Shown here piece after piece: positions 13,773-27,300 of a DNA stretch of 64,000 bases. The stretch is taken from the NCBI GenBank assembly GCA_051362555.1, contig CM120646.1:14570001-14634000 (forward strand), written 5' to 3'. The position numbers and the translations under genes are program-made. Source of the DNA: Lingula anatina. Taxonomy: Eukaryota; Animalia; Brachiopoda. The notes under the pieces are model-generated. The model ran no database searches. It worked only from the letters and a program-made list of their open reading frames with translations, and had not been told where the DNA came from. The first letter of the stretch is position 1; every line of letters starts with the position of its first letter.

Positions 13773-15330
13773 TTGGCATTTTCAAGATGTGACTTTGAAG
13801 TTCCATGGGCCTGAAGACCTTTGCTAGTCACATTTTCTGAATATCCGTGATACTAATATCTTATAATTAAAAATTGATGGTCATTATGCTGTTAAACATT
13901 ATGTAATATTGCATCAAAATTTGAAGAAACCCCTATTTTGGGCACTGCTCCCATGATGACCATTTAAGGAAAGTCATGTCACTTACTGTTCTCAAACTTA
14001 CAGGAAAGAAACATGGGACTAAAATATAGCTTCAGTAGGCAATGCAGTCTGTTTGGTAATTTTTTCTGGCAATTAAACAGTTTTTTTGTGAAAATTTAAT
14101 TTTTCACATGTTGGCATTTTCAAGGTGTGACTTTGAAGTTCCATGATCCTGAAGGCCTTTGCTTGTCACGTTTTCTGAATGTCCATGTTACTAATATTTT
14201 ATTAATAACATTTGATGGTTATTATGCTGTTAAACATTATGTAAGGTTGCATCAAAATTTGAAGAAACCTCTATTTAGGGCACTGCTCCTATGATGACCA
14301 TTTAAGGGAAATCATGTCACTTGCTGTTCTCAAACTTACAGGAAAGAAACATGGGTCTAACATACAGCTTCAGTAGGCAATGCAGTCTGTTTGGTAAAAT
14401 TTTCTGGCAATTTAACAGTTTTTTTGTGAAAATTTAATTTTTCACTTATTGGCAATTTCAAGGTGCAACTTAGAACCTCCACGGGCTTGAAGACCCATAC
14501 TAGTCACATTTTCTGAAAATCCATGATGTATATTTTATTATTAAAAATTGATGGTCATTATGCTGTTAAGCATTATGTAATGTTGCATCAAAATAGAAGA
14601 AAACACAATTTTTGGTGCTGCTGCCATGATGACCATTATGGGAAAACCATGTTACTTATGATTGTCAAACTTTCAAAAAAGAAACACATGGCTAAAATGC
14701 AGCCCGAGTTGGAAAAGCAGTCTAATTGGCTTCTTTTTCTGGAAGTTATACATTTAAGTGAAATATTCATTATCTTTTTGGCATATTCATTGTGGGACTC
14801 AGAGCTCCCATGGGCATGAAGCCGTATGGTAATCAAATTTTCTACATGTCCATGCTATTTATAGTCAATAATCAAAAATTGGTGATAATTATTCTATAAT
14901 TTATTATGTAATGTTACATCAAAATTGACAATAATCTTTTTGCACTGCTACTGCAAACATTATGAAAAGAAAACTGTGTTTATCATTATATTTAACTTAT
15001 AAGTATGATTTTTAGGATTGGCATGTAGTTGAAATTACAAAGCCAGGTCAATTGGGTTATCATTTATTATTGAATTTTATGCAATTTTGTGTGAAATTTT
15101 CATTTTTCTCATTCTGGCACTTTCTAAGCATAAACTTGAACTCTGATGGGCCTGAAGCCTTATGCTTTTATTTTCGTCGGTGTTACCTGTTGTGCAAAAT
15201 TAAAATTTAATGTTGACTGTGCAGTTAAACATAATGTATTATTGCATCAGAATTGGTAGTCTCCTATTTTGTGCATTATTGTTTTGTGCTTTTCTTAAGT
15301 TGTGACTTATGGGCCTGAAAGACCTTTGAG
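13773..15330 (+). repeat. Tandem array of about five 330-340 bp units, progressively degenerate
   Basis: The motif ttggcattttcaag.tgtgactttgaagttccatg..cctgaag recurs at 13773, 14111, 14449, about 14778 and about 15114. Confidence 0.8.
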
Positions 15331-15544
15331 AGGGTTAGTCTGTCAATTTCCCTTGGGTATCACTTAGCTAATTTCAGTGTTATAATTTGCCTAATTGATA
15401 GGCCATTAAATGAGATTACATAAAGCACACTTGTTGATATTTCCCTGTAAACTCCCAAAGGTAAAGCTCTCTGCTAGATTAATAATAAGGAAGCAATGAT
15501 AATTATGCAGGTAAATTTTGTTTAATATTGCAAATAAGTTTTTG

Positions 15545-15575
<31 letters not shown>

Positions 15576-15609
15576 TAAAAGTTTGAATAGCAGCTTCATT
15601 GGAATTATA

Positions 15610-16205
15610 TTTACCTCTGCCAAGGAGGTTATATTTTCACCTCTGTTTGTCTGTCATCAACATAACTCAAAAAGTTATGGACCAATTTTGCTGAAAATTT
15701 CAGGAACTGTCAGAAGTGGGCCAAAGAGGACAATAATCAATAATAATCAACAATTGCTGCCTTGTTAATTTTTTTCTCAAACACTGGCATTTGTGACTTA
15801 TAACTTCCATCCACCTGAGGCTCTGCTCATTTTCTGTATTTCCACATAAGCAGTTGTATTGTTTTTTATGTCTTTAAACATTATGTTATATTATTTTATG
15901 AACTGTCATCATTTTTCAAATATTGAGACTTTCATCATGTGACTTTGGTCTCTTATGGTCCTGAAACTGTAATCTTATTGAAGGGGTGGATTGAGACCAT
16001 CTTCTGGGTCTTCCGGAAGACAGTCAGGTTATTAAGTTTATATTGACTGGTATCTGTTTTTTTTCTGTTGGAAGACCTTCAAAATGGAGGATGGATCAAA
16101 ATAGATACTTTGGATTACTGTCAGAAAATATCTCTGGATCTGCTCCTGTTATGGATCTGCTCCTGCCTGGGCAGAGGTCTGCACTCTCAGAGTGCTTTTC
16201 TAGTT
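15610..16205 (+). mobile_element. Second, nested HINE-like element
   Basis: Starts ttacctctgccaaggaggttat..gtttgtctgtc..cataactcaaaaagttatg. Ends ggcagaggt (IR of acctctgcc, 16170-16178), hairpin gcactc-tca-gagtgc, then ttttctagtt. These termini are typical of Helentron-associated elements. Confidence 0.7.
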
Positions 16206-16997
16206 TTGTTTATTTTCCTTAATAACTTTTTTCTCAAACGCTTGCATTTGTGATATTTAACCGCCTGAAGCTCTGCACATTTTCTGTATTTCCACATAAG
16301 CAGTTGTATGTTATTTATGTTTTCAAACATTATGTAATATTATTTTATGCACTGTCATCATTTTTCAAATATTGAGACTTTCATCATGTGACTTTGGTCT
16401 CTCATGGTCCTGATACTGTAATCTTATTGAAGGGATGGATTGAGACCATCTTCTGGGTCAGCTTCCGGAAGACGTTCGGATTTTTAAGTTTATATTGACT
16501 GATATTTATTTTTTTTTCTGTTGGAAGATCATCAAAATAGAGGATGGATCAACAAAGATACTTTGGAATACTGTCAGAAAATATCTCTGGGTCAGCTCCT
16601 GTTATTGACCATGTTACCTGTTGTGCATGATTAAAATTCAGTGTTGACTAACAGTGCTATTATAAGCATTATTTATTATTGCATCAAAATTGGCAAAATG
16701 ACCTATTTTGCATCATTATTTTCTGTTTTTTGTCTGTACATTTGACAGCTTTGCTGCCTTGTTTATTTTACAACCTCCATAATCCAACAATCCAGTGCAC
16801 ATGACAAAGTAGTCCATTGAATATCCATGCTACCACAAATATCTCCATCCTTGTCTTCCTTTGCTCTTCCTTTCTTCTAATGCTTTATCACATTTCAAAA
16901 CTCATGACTAATGTTATATATGTCACGTAAATGATTGCAGGCAGTTTTTGGTCTTGATGAAAACTACACAAAGTTTACTGACATCCTTTTAGTGGTT

Positions 16998-18454
16998 CTA
17001 TGTCTTCATGGGCTCTTCCTTGTGTCCTTGTTTCTCCAACTCTGCCCTGAAACCACAAATAAAATATTGAAAAGTATACTATCTGCATTTCTAAACTTAT
17101 AACAGGGATGAGACAGCCATTTAGTCAAAAAGATGGAAAATATGGTGCGAGGTCCTGGGGGCTGCCTAGGCCAATGATATTTTTGGCTCCCAAAAAGTCA
17201 AAAATATGCCTGATGTCCATATTTTTTTCTGAAAAGTACAGGAAGATACGGGGCTGTCAGTGACTGGCCAGTCAATTAGAACTAAATTATTTAACTAAAA
17301 ATCGTATAAAAAATTGAATCCAAGTGCAAGCCTAGGGCAGGTTGGCACCATTTATCCAGAACATCCTATGAGTATGAGCAACAATAACATTCCTGAAAGG
17401 GGGGGGGGGTTACTTACCTGAGCTGTTGTGAGAAATCATCCTCCACATTATCATCATCCCAGTTATCTTCCCACACATTTTCTTCTTGCGTTTCTTCTGC
17501 TTCTGTCCAATCTGGTTAAAAATATACATGTTATTATAGCATTTCACAAAATGGCTGGCCCAAACTTAATTTTACTGATGTGAAAGTTTCATTTAACTAG
17601 GCAATTTTCACATCCATATAAAAACCAGTGTCAGGGAAGTACGATTCAAAGTTGTGCCCAAAAAATTTGCAGGGAGGGTTCATACAGCAACATAAAGAAC
17701 AAATTCATCAACTTTTGAGTCTCTAGTTCAAGAATTTTCCTATGACACTTTGAATGCATATTGAACTACTGTCATTTATAAAGGTACACCTAAGAAAAAA
17801 AAGACTCCTTATTTCATTTAAACTTAAAATTTTAACATACTGATAATGACACATAAAAAGAATAAAATTAAATGACATCCAAGAAGGGTATTCTACCTGT
17901 GTAAAATTGTCTTTATTTCTCGAAAAACTACAAGACTTAAAACATTTTTGCATACGGAACAAATTCAGCTACTTTTCAAAGACACATATGGGGCAATAGA
18001 AGCCAGTTTCCAGGCTAACAGCAATCCTAAGTACTTTTCATAGCCAAAAACTGAATTCAGGATGCAGGGCTAGATAAATGCATTTTTCAAGACTGTGAAT
18101 ACTGGCTATATTGGTAATCCAATTGGCCAAAGAGCTTGAAGGTTTAATGATTAAAAAAGAATGAAATTTGTTGATATCACAAACTAATTTACTAGAATAT
18201 CAGAGACATTAATCATAGTCACCATTGTGACAAGTGTTTTTGAAGGGAATAACTTTTAATGGTTTTGATTTTTAATTGTTTTTTTTTTTTTAACTGAATC
18301 CTGGTCTAAGTTTACAAGTCATTTTCTTAACAAAAGTACATATAACATTTCTGCAACTTACTTTTATGGTGTCATAAATCACATTATGCAACTAACATCA
18401 AATGACTAATCAAGAAAACAACGCACTTTCGCACCTCGCCTTTCCCTCTCTCTT

Positions 18455-18506
<52 letters not shown>

Positions 18507-18827
18507 TATATCTTAATAATTTTAAAGTTAACCAAATTATGTGGTGACTTTGATCAATGTCTCTGCTATTCAAATAAATCAGTTTGCTCGAAAACGCATT
18601 GTCACCGTTCGCTGTCAAGAAGCCGGTCGGTTCCTCGTGTTAACAGCACACGATTTACTCCTATAAAAAAGCCAAAACGTGTGTAAAATAATTAGTCATT
18701 AAAAAAACACAGACTTTCTCACTTCCTTATTTGATTAAATCGTCTCACCATCTGTTGGAAACTCTTCAAATTCGTCATCTTCTTCAAGAAGTCCCAAATC
18801 AACTTTCTTTTGGGGTTGGTCGGCCAT
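16998..18827 (-). CDS. SEM1: 26S proteasome complex subunit SEM1/DSS1 (SHFM1), 73 aa, 3 exons
   Basis: Minus-strand exons 18749-18827, 17418-17511 and 16998-17046 (GT-AG, 222 nt) give [73 protein letters not shown]. The DSS1 motifs [14 protein letters not shown] and [18 protein letters not shown] are present. Confidence 0.97.
18444..18505. repeat. (CT)n(CA)n microsatellite in SEM1 intron 1
   Basis: Directly visible. Confidence 0.9.
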
Positions 18828-19227
18828 TTTGTTTGAATGCCTTCTCAAACCTTCTTAACCAGAAGAGTTAAATTTCAAGGTGAGCCAAAATCAAGGTTTG
18901 GGGAACGACAAACGTTATAAAGCATTAATATTAAAAGATTAATATTGCTTATTTATTTATTTATCTATTTATTTTGTTAGATTTTTGTTATTCCCACAGA
19001 CACAAAAACACACACAAATTAAAACAATAATAAGAAGGGGGCTACAGCCGTGTACTAAAACGGCCACAGGACAAAAAGGCCTACTGTAAATCACACTGAT
19101 CACGATCAAGCTGATATCAACTACTGCAATACCGACTAATTGTATTCAAGATCCGCTGATCCCGAGTTAAATCAAGTTGTGTAAATCAAAACTACATGCA
19201 CGATGGCCACATAACCCTGCGGTGCGA

Positions 19228-19413
19228 TTGGTTCTACACCAGACATCACATATCCGCATGGCGTATTACCTGCATTTGTAGCTATCACATTTAAACAAAG
19301 ACACCACCTTAACGTAGTAATTAGAGACCTCTTGAAATTATTAATGGACCTACGGTAGGCTTGGTTCTACAATAGACGTCACATTTCCTCAGGTCGCATT
19401 ACCTGCATTTGTA
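19228..19413 (+). repeat. Imperfect direct repeat of about 53 bp (two copies, 133 bp apart) upstream of SEM1
   Basis: ttggttctaca..agac.tcacat.tcc.ca...c..attacctgcatttgta at 19228 and 19361. Confidence 0.7.
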
Positions 19414-20345
19414 TCAGATTTAAACGTAAATCAAGGTGCTAGATAGCCTACCCAGAAATTTCAGGGTAGAAGGCCTGGTAATAAGGACCCAACTGCGTTT
19501 TATTATAAAATTCATTATATGTTTATTATTATTATTATTTTCTTGTTGTTGTTGTTGTTGTTGCGACACTTAAATAAAAACAAAACAAGATATAGGCCAC
19601 TGAAAATAAACAACTTTTTACCATAGGCTAATCAGAAAATGATCTAAATCTCATTGTCACTACCAGCAAGGTAGGCCCATGTCACAAGCACAGTGGTATT
19701 TCTTGACCAAGTTACCGTCTAGGACATAGATTATTTAACGACTTAATGAGGGAAAAGAGAATGAAATTTTATAAAAGAAAATATTCAAATGCAGGCCTTG
19801 TGTCTTGTCCCTATAGCAAGTACCCGGTACCTGCCGTAGATTTTCGGTTGAGTCATTTCTCCTTTGATCAAATCTTATTCTATTAACCTTTTTAATAGCT
19901 GAAGAGTTCGGTTACGTCCTAGCCCTTCTAAACTGAAAAAAAAAAGTGAATAAACAGTTGTTGACGGCGAAGGTGACGTCGTCTGTGTCGCAATTGGTGT
20001 CGCGAACAGTTATTGTGTCCACCAAAAATTATCAGCATTATCTACGTACATAAGGAAGCAAGTGTCCGCAAACCGAAGGAATGAGATCAGATTAATATGA
20101 TAACGATAAGCCACATCCGAAGATGGTTTTGCCATAGAGTATACATGCACTTGAAAGAAAATTACACGTAAGCATTATCCAGGAGACTAGCGGGTCCGGG
20201 ATTTTGCTAAGGTGGGGGTGGTCGTGGGGGTGGAGGAAATGGGAACACCTTTACAAAAGTAAGCCTCTGCAGGGTATTGGGGTGGAAAAACTAGTTTGCT
20301 TATGAAAAAAACCGATTCTAATACCTGTGACGACTGAAAATAAGT

Positions 20346-20388
20346 TCACCTGAAGAAGGCCTTGTGATATAAAGTCGAAACGAAGTGA
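20346..20388 (+). ncRNA. Degenerate Penelope-type minimal type I hammerhead ribozyme motif
   Basis: tcac-CTGAAGA-a-ggcctt-gtgatat-aaagtc-GAAAC-gaa-gtga. Stem I tcac/gtga and core CUGAAGA..GAAA are intact. Stem II has one mismatch and the cleavage triplet is GAA rather than GUH. Confidence 0.45.
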
Positions 20389-21549
20389 TCCCCGTTTCAT
20401 TGTAAGATCCAGCTTTAGAAATGAATTATCTTAGTCTAATATAAATAAAAAAAATTCACTTAAAATTGCTTGGTTTTGTCTCATTTCGTTTGCCTCATTG
20501 TTATTATTGTTTTTTATTCCGATTGTTTTTTTTTTTTTTCGATTTTTGGTGTGGGCGGGCGGCAGAGGTACCTCAGAAGCTAAGGGAAGAGCAAGTCCCA
20601 GTCGCCATTGCCAGAATACTGCTAACAACAGTATCTACTTGGACGCGTTGGTCGTCCTCCAGATCTTGGACATAATAACGTAATTTTGTCCATGTCCAGA
20701 TCACCAAAGCCATGTTTGCAGTTTCATCATTGTTTCAACTCCATCACTGCGTCACCTGGCGTGGGCGGTTTCAGGGATTGAGATGGAGAATATAGAAGCT
20801 TATGTATGAAGAAAAAGAAGAAAGGAAGAAATTAAGTCAACAATAAAATTGAACAAGGTAAATTATGGAATGAAGAACCTTATGCACATTAAATGGGTCC
20901 AAGGAAGGACCAAAGAAATAGAATAAAGAATGAAAATAAAAATGATTGAATGAAAATTAAAGAAACAAATAATGAATTAAACTCGAAAAAAGTTCTCTCG
21001 TTGACAGCAATGCTCAACGTCTTTATTAATTTTTTTTTACTTGTATGAGAGTAAAGACCCAAATGAAATGATTTTTTGGAAAAAAAAATCACATCCACCA
21101 GTACTCATGTATAAAGTTGTGAGACTAACCCAAGAGTGACATTTTAAATGTGTTACTCATCACTCAATAACTTCTCTTCTATGTATACTTATAATTTTAA
21201 TTTTGACAACAGACCCTGAAGCAAGAGTTTGTTGAGTGCACTGCACATGCTTTTCAATGAGGTCCTAAAAGAAGTACAGAGTCGTGAGTTGAAATATTAG
21301 CACACAGGAATATTTCTGGCTGTCAACGCCCACCGTCTAGAACGGGATAAGAATTTTCGTGACTTATCACAAAGTGAACCTCTGCATTGATTAAAAAGAG
21401 TTTTTGTCGCTGTAGGTTTCTATTCTCCGCATGGAAGTACGTATAAATTTGCTAGCTGAAATTACGTCTTGCATCATTAGTGAAGTTGATGATGTAACTT
21501 CCAAAAATTCACATTTCAAAAAACTTTTTATTCGTTTAAGTTTGTGCTG

Positions 21550-21551
21550 AA

Positions 21552-21598
<47 letters not shown>

Positions 21599-21600
21599 AT
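21550..21600. repeat. (TAAA)n microsatellite
   Basis: Directly visible. Confidence 0.9.
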
Positions 21601-21849
21601 GAAATTGCTCAGAGAGCAAAGCAACTTGCGAAATTGCAAAGTTAGTTTTTAAACCCTAACACATTAACAAAATTATAAAGTACATAAATGGGAGCCATTT
21701 GGTATATAATATATCATGCTTGAATCAACATATGGCTGCATTATTATTAACAGTTTTCTACTTGTATGCAATATCGAACAAAATTAATAAACAACACAAA
21801 TGATAAACTAATAATTACATGTAGCTATTAATTAATTAATAGATTAAAT

Positions 21850-22620
21850 AATCATCAACAAAATTTAATCATTTCTTTCTTGGCCCATTTGTTACCTAGC
21901 CCGAACATTTTATTAATAGTTATTTATTTATTTATTTATTTATTTATATGATTGACCATCGTCAAAATATTATTATTTCGTCCTAACCTATCCTGAAAAT
22001 TTAATTAATTAATTGATGGATCATCACTAAAATCTTTCTTGGTCCATTGGTGACTTATCCTGAAAATTTCATCCAAATACGTCCATTACTTGCTGATGAA
22101 TGCTGTCCACAGGCAATATGTAAAATAATAAGAATCATCCACCCTCAGGGACAGTCCAATCCCAAGGGACCCACGTACATCCGTGATGAGGGTCTGCCAA
22201 TACCCAAAGACAGACTGAACTTCCTCATTATAATAGTCTAGGAGGAGTGGACAGAAATTACAATTTAAAAAGAATTAAGAATCAACCACCCAGCGGACAG
22301 GCTTATCCCCAGGTGCACGGAATGCCGCTTTATAATTCCATTTATACCGAAATTTTATCACTCAAATTGTATAGGAGGAGATAGCAAAAATTGCAATGTA
22401 AAAAGAATTAAGAATCACGTCCTTCCCAAGAGAACACCTAACCCCCTGTTGCACTTAAATCAAATCAGTTCACTCCGGTTGTATTATCTATCTACAAAAA
22501 TTTTTGAAACAAAAATCTCTCAAATTGTGGCCGCTATCGCCGGACAGAAACTAACCGCAAACAAACTCACAAAACGCAAACGAGCAATAAACCTGCAAAA
22601 TTTTCTTCCTCGAGTAATTA
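21850..22620 (-). mobile_element. Degraded HINE/MITE-like repeat with internal units of about 135 bp
   Basis: Repeated taggaggag..a.a.aaatt.caat.taaaaagaattaagaatca at about 22239 and 22373, plus aaatttcatccaaat-type motifs common in such elements. Termini not resolved. Confidence 0.35.
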
Positions 22621-24054
22621 ATAAAGCAGATGTGTGGTCCAGTTGAGGAGTTGAGTGTACTTGAGTTCCAGTTGTATGAGACACATTAGCCAATTTGGAA
22701 CTTACTTAGTGGCTTTAGTAAAATTCTCCACATTCAGTCAATGCTTAACACGTGAAGAATTATCAGAAAGTTTGATGGTAAACAGGTGAAGTGCACCACT
22801 GGTGTACGACATCCAGACCGTTTATGGCTCCTCTCGTGTTGCTGTCATCAACTGAGAATATTTAAACTTTTCAGCTCTCAGTGCAAAAGCATCCGAAAAA
22901 AAAACTGCCATTTTGGAAAGCTGTAAGATTTTAAAACGTATTTATTAAAATCGTCACATCAATGCTTGCGTTTGTTTAGAAAAAAAGTTTCTTGATAAAT
23001 TAAATCAGTCTGAGACCAAAAAGGCTGCACCGAAGTACTGTAGCGACATTGATAAACACAAATGGATTGATGACTTTCTTAATCATTTAGTGTCCATGCT
23101 AAGACAAGAGCATCTAAATTTCTGCTTTCAAAAGCTCTTCAAGAGCAAATTTACCTGGGAAGTATGAAGTACGCGTGTACCAACTGATTTGCTGTATTGA
23201 TGATTCAAATAAGGGCGTATTAAATCTCTTTGATTGCTTTTGTTCATTTTTTTCATCTGATTTTTTTTCATATGCTTTTGTTGAGCATTTTTGCATTATT
23301 TGACTCTAAAATTACAGCTTTGAGGTTAAGCGCAAACAATCAACTACAGATATGCTTCGTGGAAAGTGCTTTAAGAACAGGATGAATAAAAAAAAGCGCC
23401 AACTGGTAAACTTTCTGTCAAAAATATATTCCTTTTTCGTTAAATACATTTCAAAGGCCAACACCTTTTTAAGATCTGTTAGCGGGTTTTGTTCCCTTCT
23501 ATTTTTCCGACTATACTACGATAATTTAAGGGGATAAAAAGCCAGTCTGTATTATGTATATGTCATGATCTGTGCATCGCGTGATTACAAAAGCAACACG
23601 CTACCTAGAACATATACCAATCAAAAGTTATAAATAACTTATTCTAACACACTCTGTGTATTAATGGGCCGTCAAACGCGGTAGTATTCTAACCGCAACT
23701 CTAACCTCAGCCAATAGGGAAGATTTCTGAAAATATTTGTATGCCAACACCCGCTGATAATATAATGTCATTTCCTCACTTTCCTGGAATTGCGTGACGA
23801 TGTTTTCAAATCAAAAAGTAAGCACCAGTCAGCTTTCGCTCTTTGTTTACCGCTCATTTCGACACGTAGGCATTTTATGGCAGCGTCATCCGAACCTGGA
23901 TTGCTGCCATGCCCTACGCTCTTTATATTGGTAGCAGATACGCCGTAGATCTAAAAGGTTTTCATTCTAATGCCTCTAAATTTGTTCCGTACATTCCCCG
24001 TGTGTTTTATATGGCCATGACTTCATTAAGAGGCATGTTGGCTGCTGCTTCTGC

Positions 24055-24106
<52 letters not shown>
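24055..24106. repeat. (ATT)n microsatellite
   Basis: Directly visible; it explains the poly-Ile ORF at 23909. Confidence 0.95.
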
Positions 24107-24107
<1 letters not shown>

Positions 24108-26889
24108 GATGTTGGATGACGGTGAAAAAAAATTTAATCGGAAAAAATACCTCAAACTTAACACTTTTTAGTAGGTGTAAGGTCATTTGCCTCTACCGCA
24201 ATCAAATCATTAAATGCGTGGGTTTCAGGATACTGCTCAAGTTACCCGGCCTCATAAGCACTGCTGTATTTTACAATGGTGATGTGTTGTTTAGGAGAAG
24301 AAAGGTAAAAATAAGATATTGAGAGCAAAATCAGCAATGAATTAAGCGCTTGACGCACCTGAATCTAGAAATAAGTTCAATAAAGTATGACGCCACCTCC
24401 GTTATGACCCTTGCCTATTGTAATGTATTCATAGTGCTCGAGTGCCTTATATGTTATCTGAACTTACGGATCCGGGATCTTGTTTCTAAAGGAGTGGGTG
24501 GGGCGAAGGCAGGATGTGAACTGTGCCTCGCGTTGCAGTACGTTGTCGAGGACAAGCGTACTGTAATATGTAGGGCAAGTAAAAGGGATGAAAAAATTGC
24601 TAGGAATTTTCGTTTTTCGCTGGCTTTACTCCATTTGGAAAGGAAGAACGGGACGAAGAGTATACCACCGATGTAACTGGTGGGGTGGTCCATTGCGCAA
24701 CACCCTCCCCCACTGCGGATCTGCCCTTGCCCCCCCCCTCCCCCAACAAATAGCTAGAAAAGAGAAGGGTCCTCCCCCCAGCAGTTGCACCTACACCCCC
24801 CTTAGTAAGATAAAAGAGGGGTCCTCCCCCCCCCCTTTACAAATAAACCAGCGTGAAGTTTTTCACTGCAACAGGTACAAAAAATAGCAAATAATGGTCT
24901 AATGTTCGTTCGCCTGAGCCGTCAACTCATCACCAATATAATTAGGTCTACCATGTTATAGCACAATCCCTTCGACCGCCTCCCCCCAATAATTCGGGAA
25001 ACAGCCGTGAAATCAACGTCAACGTGACAGGCGCGGCGAGGAAAGTCCACAAGTTGTGGTCTTGTGTTGTTTAATTCCGGGTAGTGACCTTTAAGACAAT
25101 ATGGCCTATAGTAACTCCTTGAAATTAGTTATATTATACTATACTCGTTTGTAATAATTCCTGCGTCATATTTCTATGTCTACATGAATTGCGAAACTTA
25201 TATTCGTTCCCAATTGAGACATTATATTTCAAAGCAACAAAACCATTAAAGTAAAAGTAGGTAACTAGGTTTTTAACTAGAAATTGCACAAAAATTAAAA
25301 TCCAATCACAGGGACGAGTCCAGCAATGATACGAATGCAGGAACAACTACCTTTTCCCTCGGCAAAAATTAGATATGCCGCAAAAATGCAAAAGATTCTA
25401 GATAGCTCACATTGTAGGTGTTACTTATCAGTACAAAGTTGCGCCACGCGTCACGGCCTTCATACAAACATTGGTAAATAAACGATACACAAAGTTACCC
25501 CCTCACGGCCCCTTATCCCTCCCCGATGTTTGCTTGAATTATTTCACCGATTAAATGATCTCAACAAGGAAGTACGAAGCAAACTATTTGCGCAAATTCA
25601 ATTGTTTGGACACTCCGGCACGCACCTCGGGGTGGCACGGTGGAAGGTTGTGTAGGGCCTATATGGCGGCGTATGACGGGGTTTGTGGCTGCCTTCACGG
25701 TCTGAAAGCGTGCCCGTCCACACTGCGGTTGTATCATGGGTTCTGACGAGGACAAAAAGCCGACATTTTATTTGGTCCGTTTTATTTCCTTGTGATAATC
25801 AGTTTTTTTTAATTTGCTGAGGTTAATTGTTTTATTAGTTTCAGGCTGTGTCCTTCCTCCCTTTCAGGAAGGTATGAAAAGTTGTGTAGTTTATATCTTT
25901 CACCAAGGGTCTTATACAAATGTCCTTGCCTTAAGAGAGGCTTGTTTTTTTTGTTCTTTTTTTCAAATGAGACGTACTCAAGCTAGTTTGTAAATGATAA
26001 ATACTGGAATTTTTATTCGTGAAAACTACGTAACACTCCACAAAAGAGAGATGAAGCAAATTATTGAATTTTTAAAATTACATTTGCATATTAAATTCTC
26101 TCTCTCCCTCTCTCTCTCCCTCTCTCTCTCTCTCACCAGATGTATACGTCATACAGAACCGGCTGTATTAATCACAACTCCATAATTAGAAAGCAGAAAC
26201 AATCAACCCGGAACAGCATGGTAATTTTAAACTAACTCTCAATAACGCGCACCATTACATCCTATTTGAAAAATTAAAATTGGTTTGAGTCAATTTTCTC
26301 GGCAATGCAAGCCAAAAAAAAAATTGCTATGTAGTTTTTTTGGTCTAACAATTTTACTGAAAAAACCATAAGTTTGTGTGGGATTATTTGGACATTTAAT
26401 CATCTTAACTTTTCTTTTAAAAATGGTAACCTGTGCTTTTACCTCTGAAAAATGTTACATCGCTTTAGAACATTTTTCTCCTGTTCACATATTGGAAAAA
26501 TTTTTCCTAGAAGTAACGAGTATTGATGTTTTCACTCGGCAATACTCATGTGGAGAACAAAGAGATATAGAAACTATAAAAATTCTTTCAGATGCCAGGT
26601 TATGGCGTTTATTGCATTCTTCGCTCCAAGACTACCTCTTACACGTATGTTATTATGATAAACGCACTCACATGAATCAAGCTGAGGGCCAGTGAATGCA
26701 TATGTCACAGCAAAATTACTCCTGTATTATTTTTTAGTTTGTTTTTCCACTCTATCTAAGTTACAATTGTCGCCTCTGTTCAGTTTTCATTGTGTTAAGA
26801 TGCCCAATCACCTTTAAATGAACTAAATTTATCAATGGAGGCACTAAAAAATAAAAAATAATAATAACTAAAAAAAGTTTAAGATAAAA

Positions 26890-27300
26890 ATCATATCGCG
26901 ATTATCCAAATCATGAGCAAAATCACGTTTTATAATTGTCACGATCCGTCAATCTCTTGCGCCGCGCGTCATTCGGGTAACAGTCAGACGCACATGATAT
27001 ATTTGTAATCGTTATGTCTACACGTACACGTTGTCACTAACTACGGGCCACCTACTTCCAGCCATTCATTACTGACCCCTGGATGTCACTGACTCGCGCA
27101 CTCGAGAGATGACAACCCCGATAAGACTGTTCGCACGTCAGTTGCTCCATAATTTTAAGTTACTAATTTCGCCGGTGATGTGAATAGTTAATGTTTCAGA
27201 TGTCTATGGTCTAGTTCCTACCTAGAGGTCGACTGAGAATTGCAAGGAACTTACAATAATGTTATTTGTGAAAAGTTAAATAAATAATTACATTAAGTCA
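26890..27300 (+). repeat. Upstream block of the GT2 duplication unit (copy A; paralogues at about 36215-36600 and 44600-45000)
   Basis: Shared sequence tgagcaaaatcacgtt..gtcac.atccgtcaat.tcttg...cgcgcgtcattc.ggt.ac..gagatgacaacc..gataag recurs three times, once upstream of each GT2 copy. Confidence 0.75.

Larger units (their letters stand above)
12489..16765 (+). mobile_element. Non-autonomous Helentron-associated element (HINE-like), about 4.3 kb, carrying internal tandem arrays
   Basis: Left end: T-run, perfect hairpin tatgtacagacac-agat-gtgtctgtacata (12493-12522), then a (GTC/GCC)n microsatellite. Right end: subterminal IR tgtctgtacat (16731-16741), short hairpin gacagc-ttt-gctgcc, then a T-run. 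This is the known HINE/DINE-1 architecture. Confidence 0.7.

Noticed and set aside
20565-20760. GC-richer exon-like segment (minus strand ..CPRSG..RYCC)
   Set aside because: In-frame stops in the Cys-containing frame and no consistent splice partners. At most an unidentifiable relic.
23909-24322. 137-aa ORF with a poly-Ile 'transmembrane' run
   Set aside because: Artefact of an (ATT)n microsatellite.
24465-24730. ggatccggga...cggatctgcccttg SINE/MITE-like element
   Set aside because: Termini too degraded to define boundaries or class from this window alone.
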